A stretch of DNA of 63,751 nucleotides, the filler included, from Intoshia linei (Eukaryota; Animalia; Orthonectida), in NCBI GenBank assembly GCA_001642005.1. It is 5 parts of 5 records of this genome, joined end to end, with 100 filler letters (N's around TTAATTAATTAA, not from the genome) between each part and the next. Parts side by side here need not be neighbours in the genome. Positions count along the whole stretch, not along the records: positions 48,940 to 59,289 come from LWCA01001278.1; positions 59,390 to 62,441 come from LWCA01002155.1; positions 62,542 to 63,751 come from LWCA01002727.1; 2 more parts are not named here. One strand, 5' to 3'. Under the pieces are notes generated by a model. It saw nothing but the letters and a program-made list of their open reading frames with translations, did no database searches and was not told the origin of the DNA. A program made the position numbers and the translations under genes. Below are positions 53,999 through 63,751 of this stretch, one piece after another. Position 1 is the first letter of the stretch; each line of letters opens with the position of its first letter.

Positions 53999-56900
53999 TT
54001 ATTTGCGAACTTTAGCCCAATCGATAATGGACTTGTCCATTTTATATTTTGGTTTTAATGGATTTTTGTATTTTGAAAAGCTATCCGCGTCTCGATTATC
54101 TGAGATGAAACTATTATTTGAAGAAAATGGAAATGTTTGAGATTTATCATCACTTTTTTGGTTTATGAAGCACCAGTTGTCTAAGTATGAGATATTAGTT
54201 TTTTTGTTTTTGTGAAAGTTTGCCATTTTATTTGTCAATTCTAAATTTCTAATTAAATTTAATTTAAATTAATCTACCATGTGCAAACTTGTCATCATAC
54301 GTATTCATGATTTCTAAAATTAATTTTAACTGGCTATTATTACCCATTTATATGTTGGGTTACTCCAATATGTAAAAGTGGTTCAATGGTTTACTTCAAT
54401 CCAGAAACTGTTTAAAAACCGAATCTGATTATCTATTACATTTAATATTAATTAAGCATTTAATTTTATGTATTCAACATTTTAACAATTCCTGTAAATT
54501 GCCCATCACTAAATCAAATATCAAATTCGTAAATTTTCATATTCAGTTTGAATACACCGTTACAATTATAAAAATTACCATCATTAAAATCAGGATTATC
54601 ATTGTTTTTTGCCGGTGACACACTTAGTAGTTTATCAGCAAGAAGCTAAAATTAATTATTTTAAAATGTAAAATTGGTTTCAAAAAAAATACAAATTTAT
54701 ATTTGTGGTCATACACAAAGTGGGTCGATTTGCCGGTTCAACCATTTGCATACATCAAATAAATATATTTTAATATATAAAAAAAATAGATTTAAAGTTT
54801 TTTAAAATAATATATATCTCATTTATTTCGGTAATTACGCATTATAAATACAATTGTACTTATCATTTTCAAATAATTTATTTGTTATACCCTTCACTTT
54901 CTGAAGAAAATTAATTAAATAGTCGTCAAAAAGTTGAATAATGTTGATCTATGTAATAATTTTTTGTGTTTACCATTCCATTGTATTTTAAGCCATCCGT
55001 TAGTTCCCTTTCATTGCCAAAGTCCACATAAGCGTGACCTTTAAATTCACCATTTTGTTTATCGTAAATAATTTTTACATGTTTAGACTAAAAAGTATAG
55101 ATATAACCCATGTAAATATCATTTTAATACGTTTATGAATTACTACATGCAATATTTAATATACTACAGTAGCTACATTAATAGGTCCATGGAAATAAAC
55201 TTATTTAAAATTTTTTTAATATTTACGGTTTTTCTATATAAAATGAGTTGTATCCGGGCAGAAAATAAAATTTCGACCAATAAAAGCGGACCCTGCGATC
55301 TGAAAAATAGGAAGAAAATTGATAAGAAGAAAAAAAATTTTTTTAGTAATTTTCGTTTGGATCATAATATTTGTCAATTTGAAGTGTCTATGCAAGGCTT
55401 ATATTGTAAACGCTTCTGATTGACATTTAAATAAAAATTTTAAAGGTAATTAAATGGTAAACATTAAAATACATTTTTAACGATTCAATTATATATAATA
55501 CTAGCTTGACTGTTATGTACTACGTAGAAACAGGACCTAGCTCTGCCGAGGGCACATTTTTATTATACTTAAAAATAAATTCATGTTGAAAATCTAACAT
55601 AAAAATCCTACTATTCACTATTATCAATCCTTTAAAGGAGTGGTTCCCAAATTTGTTTCAGGTGGAACCATCATATCACATTACTTTATATTTAGTGAAT
55701 TATTCCATCTCAATTTTTTGTTTGTTAACATTTGCGTGAATAATTTTAAAACAATTGTTATCCCATTTTTTTAATTTATTAGACAGAATGTGTGTATAAT
55801 ATTAAAAATAAAGTAAAAACAGTCCAATCCTAAAAATTGTCATAAATAGCATAAATTCCAAAAAAATAAAATTAGTGTAATCCTAAAAATTGTCATAAAT
55901 TCCAGAAAAAATAAAATTATAGTGGTAGTTATTTAAATAAAGCGTAACACACGGACAGACACACACAAATTAAAATCGCGTAGCATATTATATAAGTTAG
56001 GATAGAATGGATTCACAACATTGGGCCAGCGGGTGCATGCGGCTATTCCCTGGTTGGAAACCGGTATTATCTTCATAAATATATTTTTATAAACTCATGT
56101 TAAAATTTCCCGTAACAATGCTACATTTTAGCAAAAGTTTAATAACTAATTAGACACATATATGTATATTAAATATATCAATAGGTTAAAACTAATTGCA
56201 CAAATAATATCAATTAATAATTAATTCTAAAATTTAAATCATTAATTCCTTTGTTAAATTAATCATCAACAGCTACCATGTTAAACAACTAAATAATTAT
56301 AAATTATAATTCTATTTATAATATAAAGTATTATCGGAGAGACACGGAAACGAACCAACTATATAAAAAACTAGTGAAATTTAGACAAACTGATAAACTA
56401 TATTAAAAATATTGAATCAACCAGCATGTCACAATATTAAAAAAATCATCATTTTAAAACAATTTTACTACATCCAAAATAACAATTTTTATTTTCCACA
56501 AAAATGATAAAAAATACATGTTCGACAAAAGTATACATTGAAACAAACATTAAAAGCGTAAACACTAAAGAAATCGATAAACGTAAAAATAAACCTGCAA
56601 TCTTCAATTTAAACAACTTAAAAGCAGAAATTTCCGAAGCCTCATCAAATGAATTTGATTTTTACAAAAACAAATTAAAAGTGAAACGAAACAATAGCTT
56701 CACAAAATACTCCAGCCCACTTTCTTTTCACGATTTTAAACTGTCAATAAAACTAGACACACTCTCTAAAAATCTAATTGGACCTGAAAATGTGTTATTC
56801 GGTATATCATCAATATTGTTTTGATCCTATTAAAAAATGCAGAAAGTGTTACAGAAAATCATATAGAAGAAAAAAAATGAGGAAATTATAAATGTCTCAT

Positions 56901-58247
56901 AGAATTTCTTTATTACATGTAGTTATTTATTTGTTTTATTAATTAATTTTTTGTAAATAAATATTACATTTTTAATTATTTAAATATATCGTAAAATCAT
57001 TAGGTATTGTATATATCAGGGTTTCCCAATTATTGAACAATTTTTTCACTTTCATGATCGCTGGAAAAAATGTGGTCCACACACATTTTTTTTTGTGACA
57101 AGTGATCCATGGTGGAAAAAGTTTGGGAACCACTGGTATAGATGAAAAAAGTCCTAGAATTTAATACCACATACATTGTTGCATAGTTTTTAAAATAATA
57201 AGCATTATCATAAATGATAACCTCAAAATGTAAATTTTCACGACGAAAACCCTTTTTTTGAAAAATGAAAATAATCCTAGAATTTAAAAAAACTTAACAG
57301 CTGATATAGTTATCACAATTTAACACACACACAAAAAATTTATCTCACAAAATGATGTCTTCACGGTCAAAAAAGCACTTTGGTTTTTTTTTTAATAACA
57401 ATTTTATTATCTACACATTTCCAATAAATAATGGGTGAAACTCTATATAATTGATTCCTTCCATTTTTTTATCATTTCAACGGCAATTTTTAATTTTCAA
57501 AAAGTTTAAAATAACTTGAAGTATAAGACTTATAATAAGTTCGTTATTATCATTTTTACAATGTTACAATTTTATATTTTTCAATGTTGGCAAAATTAAT
57601 TCGAAAATTTCGTAACGAAATAAGTTTTTAAAGTCCTGAGTCCGTTAATTATTGAGATAAATTATTCTTTACTTATTGAAAGCATATACAGAATATATAC
57701 CATAACATTATTATAAAAAAATATAATTGTAAATAAAATAAAATTCTGGAATTTAGTTTATTTATGACAATTTTGAGGGTTGTACTGTTTTTACTTTATT
57801 TTTAAGATTATACACTCATTCTCTAATAAATTAAAAAAATAAGATTCATAATTAATTATTCATTAATTTTAATGACTTTTTATATATATGTATACAGTGC
57901 TCATGATATTAACATATTATAACTATTATTAACATACTTATAAATATATTAAATACATAAACAATAACAAAAATATATAAACGTCACTTGGCAGAGCTAG
58001 CTACTGTTTATATGCAGTACACAACAAACATGGCAGTCTAATTCTGTCTAAAAAAAACGTACATTTTTAAAAATTGACTCTAAATCTTTCTGAACAGTTC
58101 CATCAGGTAAATTGCCGACAAAGGCGACATATTGAGATCTATTAGAATTTTTCACATTGTTCTTTTCATTAAAACTACATTGATGAAACAATAAACATAA
58201 AAATCTTACCCATTAAAGCAAAAATAATTTTTATTAAAATTAGTCAT
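53999..58247 (-). CDS. EIF4H: eIF4H-like RRM protein (3' exons uncertain)
   Basis: Exons 58247-58210, 58174-58063 (YVAFVGNLPDGTVQKDLESIFK, RNP2), 55087-54974 (VKIIYDKQNGEFKGHAYVDF, RNP1 ... LKYNGM) and 54645-54579 (LLADKLLSVSPA), matching eIF4H [21 protein letters not shown] / FKGFCYVEF / LLGDRSLRVDIA. Confidence 0.75.
55501..56002 (-). mobile_element. Complete short non-autonomous Helitron (502 bp) in eIF4H intron 2
   Basis: A|TCCTAACTTATATAATATGCTACGCG ... GCCCTCGGCAGAGCTAG ... CTGTTTCTAC-GTA-GTACATAACAG-TCAAGCTAG|T. Confidence 0.9.
56504..56880 (+). CDS. Orphan two-exon gene nested antisense in eIF4H intron 2
   Basis: Open frame 56504-56801, a 41-nt GT-AG intron (56802-56842), then in-phase ESVTENHIEEKK*. 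Coding-like composition. Confidence 0.5.
57017..57135. mobile_element. hAT MITE
   Basis: CAGGGTTTCCCAA / TTGGGAACCACTG, TSD GTATATAT/GTATAGAT. Confidence 0.75.
57140..58038 (+). mobile_element. Degenerate Helitron with decayed 3' hairpin
   Basis: Internal units plus GGCAGAGCTAGCTACTGTTTAT...GTACACAACA. Confidence 0.6.
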
Positions 58248-58734
58248 ATACTAATAAATCATTAACGCAAAATAAATGAAATGCATATTTTACTTTCAAA
58301 CGCTAGGGAAGCAGAATTATTCATAAAATGTTGCTTATCTACAGACTATATATTTCCAATAATTTGCAAAAAATAATAATTCTTCGTCTTGACAAAATCT
58401 AATCGTTTATTGGAAATATTAAATATCGAAAGATAACTCAGTATAAATGAATCAGCTACAAGTAGTTCAGAATAATAATAATCAATAGATATTCATGTTT
58501 AGGTGAAATTATTTTTATGATTATAGTTGCAAATAGTTAAAATTTTAGTGTCCATTCTAGAACACAAGAAAAAAAACAAGTCAACACATATCACATGACT
58601 TGTATGGTTGATTAAACATTAAATAATAACATTTAATTACAATCAGTTAAAAAATTATCACACATACAAATTACAATAAATAAAGATTTATTAATACAGA
58701 TTAGTTGGTTTAAATTTGATCTAATCAAATTTAA

Positions 58735-60434
58735 GTCAAAATTTATCTTGGTGTTTTTGATAATTTTTTTCAATTTTGTTTATTAACGGTTTGTATTTCT
58801 AAAATTAGATTTATTTTTGATAATTTAACATTTCGTATAGTTTATTTTTTAGGGGTTAGTTGAATATTTTCTATTTTGGTCTGTTTATAATTTTAATGCG
58901 TGTTAGATACATTAAATCATTGTAGTGTATTAGATTTACCTGAATATTTAATTTTTTCTGATTAATAAATCTTTGGCGGCATTCCTGTTTGAATTTAAAG
59001 AAATTGCTGATATTTTTCTTTTCATTAATTTGATTTAATCGTTGTAATCTTTTTTCAAAAGTATCACAACTTTTCATCCATTTTATATTTCTTTTAGGTC
59101 CAATTGAACCGACTTTGAGATTAACTTAATATATAATATTACGTACATGTTAATATCAGTTTGAAGCTACGGGTCATGAAAATTTGTATTTATACATTAG
59201 GGTGGACATAATTTCAATATTTATGAATTTCTGTAAGGACAAGATCCAAAAGTTTTCGTTTTGATTAGCAGACATAAAATCCAAAATCTNNNNNNNNNNN
59301 NNNNNNNNNNNNNNNNNNNNNNNNNNNNNNNNNTTAATTAATTAANNNNNNNNNNNNNNNNNNNNNNNNNNNNNNNNNNNNNNNNNNNNACGTACCACAT
59401 TTGGTAAACAATATTATATATTTGAAAATTACTCGCTAATAATGGACTTTTAATATAATAAAAAGTTCTATTTATTTGACCATCTTCCATTTTTGAAGAA
59501 AACCACCTAGCAAAATAAATTAGAATTTATAATGTATAAATGATTTTATATTTTTTTAAATACAGTATCTTGTCTATTTTTACCTATTACACTCAAATTT
59601 ACAAAATTCATTGGTTTTGTCACATTTAATATCCACATATTCTAGATACCAATTAGAACCAATATTTAGCTCATCGGTCCAAATTTTTATTTTAACAATT
59701 TTAATTAAATCAACTACTTTCAGTCGAAATTCATCAATCTAAATTTCATGTATACATATTTATTTAATGTGACGTATTTTACACTTGCGTGTGTCAAACC
59801 GTAAGTCAGAATTTGTGTCCCCTCTAATACATATGTATGTCTACCGCAGCGGTTCCCAACAAACTTCACAGTTGGTACCCCTAAACTAAAAAAAAATAAT
59901 TTTGTACCCATAATCATTTAAATTTAATGTAACTATGACACTATATTAATTAAAATTGTTAAAATTTTAATTGATTAAATATGAATATCTGAAAAATGGT
60001 TAATGGTTGAACTGACGAAATAGTGACGTAAATATATATAATATGCAACCTTAATATCTCAGAGTATCAAATATACATAATTACACAATAAACTACAACA
60101 TAAGGAGTACCAGTACCCCATTTGGGAACCGCTGGTCTACAGTGTAGATTCTAAAAAAATTTATGTAGGCTTAAGAGAGCCCGTAGTAGGTTTAAACCAT
60201 ATAAAAAGCATAAGCCAACATTGTAGCTCACAGCCGTTACAAGACTAATACATGTATTTTTTAATTTAATAATTACACAATCTTTTTCAAAAATATTCTT
60301 TCCATTATTTACTGACAATGACAATTTCCTTGGACCACTATCACCTCGAATTCCGTAAATTTGTATATATACATTAGAATTTGTAGAACTACCAATCTTA
60401 TTACCAGTTTTTATATGTAATATGTATTGGTACT
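58735..60434 (-). CDS. PLAT/LH2-domain protein (LOXHD1-type PLAT repeat), 3' part
   Basis: Exons 60434-60277 (YILHIKTGNKIGSSTNSNVYIQIYGIRGDSGPRKL...FEKD), 59738-59584 (DEFRLKVVDL..IKIWTD..GSNWYLEYVDI..KFECNR) and 59506-~59396 (WFSSKMEDGQINRTF) give a full PLAT consensus. Probable later exons at ~59126-58940 and ~58798-58736. Confidence 0.85.
59847..60134. mobile_element. hAT MITE (same family as 20558-20749)
   Basis: CAGCGGTTCCCAA / TTGGGAACCGCTG, TSD GTCTACCG/GTCTACAG. Confidence 0.85.
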
Positions 60435-60494
60435 CTATAAATGCAAAGTAAAATAAAATTAATAATAATACAATAATAATTTAGTATAAAATAA

Positions 60495-61890
60495 CACTGT
60501 CCAACACTATAAATGTGTTTGCAAAGTTTATGTATATTATAATACTTAACATAGAAATATCTCCAATTCTTTAAAATTTCAGTTTATTTTCAAGTCAAAT
60601 ATAGGAGCTATAGGGTAAACAATTTTAAAATTTTTGTTATGAAACAACGTGCAAAATTTATTAAATCAATTAAAATTAAATTAATTGTTGTCAATATCAC
60701 TTGTTTTTTGCATTTATTTGAAATGGAATGTTATAAAATTGCTAATAAATTTAGCTATATTTGCGGTATGTATATGAAAAGTTTAGGTAAATATCTTATT
60801 AATTAATTTATATTTTATTTAGGAAAGAGTTATTTGTTGACGAATTCTAAAACGATTGGATTTTTTTATGAAAAAGTGTTTGGTGTACCCATTAGCTCCG
60901 ATAATGATTCATATAATGATATAGTTGAAAAAAAAGAATCATATGAAACATTTAAGATTCTCTTTAATCTATTGGAACACAACAGCAAAAAATGGACTAT
61001 AATGTGTGATCTGAAAAAGTGGAAATACATAATACCCTTGTTTTCTGTTATCTCTTACTCTTGTTACCCGTATGTGAAAATTTTCTTGGGAATAATAGAA
61101 GTGAAAACTACCTAAATATTATCAAAACTATGCTCGTAAATTTTGAACAAATAAGTGTTCTTTCAAGCTATAAAGTACACCTCATAATGTGTCATTCAAG
61201 TGTTTTCTCCTTAAACTGTGGTGCATTCTCTGATAAACATGGTAAAAGATTTTATCAACAATTAAGGACAAAACCCTAATATTATGATAGGAGATTATTT
61301 ATGGATCGTTTCTCTTTATTTTTGCTACTTTGTATTTTAGTTATATCAATTTTGCACATCATATTGAGAAATAAAATAATCATTTAAAAATTTTTAATTT
61401 TTTTAATTAATAAATGTGACTTTTTGACATATTTTTATATCTACGCTTAATCTGACTTGGATAAATAATGTCGTATAGTTCATTAGAATAAGAATAACTT
61501 GATGTAACATATCTAAATATTATTTTTAGGAAGGCAAAACAAAATCAAATCCAAACAAGGGTTTGTAAATAACAATGTATATCTTTTATTTGTAATCGAA
61601 ATTTAATTTTTTTTATATATTACAAAATATTATCTATTGATAAACAAAAAATGTATAGACCAATTTATTTGAATGTTATTTAAGGTATATATTATCATAA
61701 AAACCCAATTTAATATTTAAAAAATAAAGTTAAATTTACAAAAATAAGGGTTTTTTAAATGGTCATAATGGGTTCATTTGACTTAGAATCAAAACAATTT
61801 TTACGATAATGTGTTCATCGTTAGATATTCTCACAATAGTAATAAAAATTTTCAGAAAGGCAAAAAAAAATGTCATTTTGTTGGACAGTA
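60495..61890 (+). mobile_element. Chapaev3-type (CMC superfamily) DNA transposon with decayed transposase
   Basis: TIR CACTGTCCAACA / TGTTGGACAGTA, 3-bp TAA duplication; relic motifs FSYICG, WTIMCDLK, KVHLIMCH...NCGAFSDKHGKRFYQ. Confidence 0.7.
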
Positions 61891-62721
61891 TAATGTAATT
61901 TTATAACATATTCTAAATGTATATTCATGTTATAAAATTTAGGTGTGGGCAGTATTTTTCATCTTCGGGCCTAAATTTTTTTTAACAATTGAGATAATTT
62001 ACAAATACATGTAAAGCATATTTATTTTATTATTATTATTTAAATTGTTGACTGATGAATCAAAATTTATGCAGTATGTTTTTTAAATTATTATAAATCA
62101 AATTGAATTAGCACCCATTTTTGCAAATGCTACCTCACGGTACGGTATACCAATTTTTTAATATTAAATTAAATTTCAGTTCAGTATTCATGAGTCGTAC
62201 TGTAGGTGGTGTTTCAATATCGGTAAATCAAAAAAAAATTATTTTTATTTAATAATACGTTTTTAAGATATTGTGACCAATAAACATTATATCATCATCA
62301 TTAATCGCCATACATAATTAAGACTAAAATATGCATTTTCAATTCAGTTAATAAAAATTTTTAATAGATATATAAAAGACCTTATAAAAATTTAAAAAAT
62401 TGGTTCTATGTTAAGTTTGAACGATTTTATCTGATAAAAATNNNNNNNNNNNNNNNNNNNNNNNNNNNNNNNNNNNNNNNNNNNNTTAATTAATTAANNN
62501 NNNNNNNNNNNNNNNNNNNNNNNNNNNNNNNNNNNNNNNNNTTTTATAATTTTATATTTTTGAAATTTATGCTATTTATCACAATTTTTAGGATTAAACT
62601 GTTTTTACTTTATTGTTAATATTATACATACATTCTGTCTAATAAATTAAAAAAATATGATAATTGTTTTTAAAATTCTTTACGCAAATGTTAACAAAAA
62701 AAATTAAAAGTTAGCCAGAAA

Positions 62722-63751
62722 GTGATTACCAATGAATTAATAGCGAGAGAACTGCTAACCGAAGAAGGTGTAGGAGCAGGAAAAGTTATTTGTCAAGGAA
62801 CCGTTATATTAGAGATAACGGTAGATTGCAAAACTCTTCCTGTAAGTTTCCATGTGTTACCTGAATGCTGTAATGATATTAAATTTATATTAGAGATGAA
62901 ATTTTTATATGACTACAATTGTACGCTATGTATCAAGCAACATTGCTTCGAGTTCGGTGTGATTAACGTTTTCACGGATATAGGAAAAAAACGATGATTA
63001 CTGAAATGTGTACTGGGGTATCGGAGTGTTATGGTAATAACACTTGCAGTTTGAGAGTTGCTGATCTTTTAACAAATTTAAGGGGTACGACTGATACGAT
63101 GGTAACTAATTGCGGGAAAAATGGGATTAAAAAACTACAGGGCATGATGAGGCATTTTTTATTTGCGATATGCATAACACATTTTTATATTATAAAAAGG
63201 GATAAAGCAGAGGTTGGTGAGGGGGTTATTATCGAGGAACCTTTTGATAAATGTATTTACACCGGCGAGAAAATGCCAGTAAATTCCACCATATCGGTAA
63301 AAGTGCGAAGTTAAGTTATTGATCGTTTGTATGACCGAGGGGACTGCGATTTTCATGACATGATCAAAAAGTATAATGATATATTTACTGAGAATCCGGG
63401 TTTTACGAACGTTATTGAGCATGAGATCAATTTAAAAGAGGGGTTTAGCCAGCTCAGGGACCGTTATATCCTATACCTGGTAATAAATTGAAAGAAATTG
63501 ATGAATATCTTCTTAAATTGGAAAAACAGGGTATTATAGAGCCGAGTAAGAGTCATATACGCGCCTCCTGTGTGTTAATTCGTAAAAAGGACGGTAGCGA
63601 TAGATTTTGCACAGATTTTCAAAAATTAAATTCAGTAACTTTAAAGGATCAATACCCAACACCTAATCCAGAAGAAATTTTTGACCGGTTAGGTGCAAAT
63701 TTTTGGTATACTTGTCTCGATTTGAGTAAGGGATATTGGCCAGTGGGGTTG
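62722..63751 (+). pseudogene. Ty3/Gypsy LTR retrotransposon pol fragment (protease relic and RT N-terminus), frameshifted
   Basis: IEHEINL...KQGIIEPSKS..SCVLIRKKDGSDRFCTDFQKLNSVTLKDQYPTPNPEEIFDRL..YTCLDLSKGYW. Confidence 0.92.

Overview
Very AT-rich eukaryotic (animal) genomic DNA from a draft assembly. It has four N-gaps carrying an artificial TTAATTAATTAA spacer and two single-N joins. Genes are fast-evolving and split by many tiny (about 30-45 nt) GT-AG introns, so the ORF track misses most of them; I rebuilt them by hand. Recognisable genes: a GRAF/oligophrenin-type BAR-PH-RhoGAP (-, at least 14 exons), a PMP22/claudin-superfamily gene (+), CCDC175-like (-), an orphan signal-peptide/type I membrane gene (-), the 3' two-thirds of a GSK3 (+), SMARCE1/BAF57 (-), eIF4H-like RRM (-) with an antisense orphan gene nested in its 3 kb intron, and a PLAT/LH2-domain gene (-). 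Intergenic and intronic space is dominated by a non-autonomous Helitron family (5' TC, 3' hairpin + CTAG, A|T target), plus hAT, pogo and Tc1 MITEs and relics, a MULE relic, a Chapaev3-type element and a Gypsy pol fragment. Micro-introns, extreme divergence and cilia-type genes suggest a compact parasitic bilaterian such as an orthonectid; this is inference only. I cannot prove a new biological system. The best leads are: (i) the Helitron family's double 3' terminus, ~130-bp internal periodic units and recurrent inverted 5'-5' and 3'-3' composites; (ii) a compositionally foreign ~500 bp GATC-rich insert with an orphan ORF; (iii) a GSK3 with no visible N-lobe exons; (iv) a RhoGAP apparently lacking the arginine finger; (v) an intron inside a Tc1 transposase flanked by a 9-nt direct repeat.
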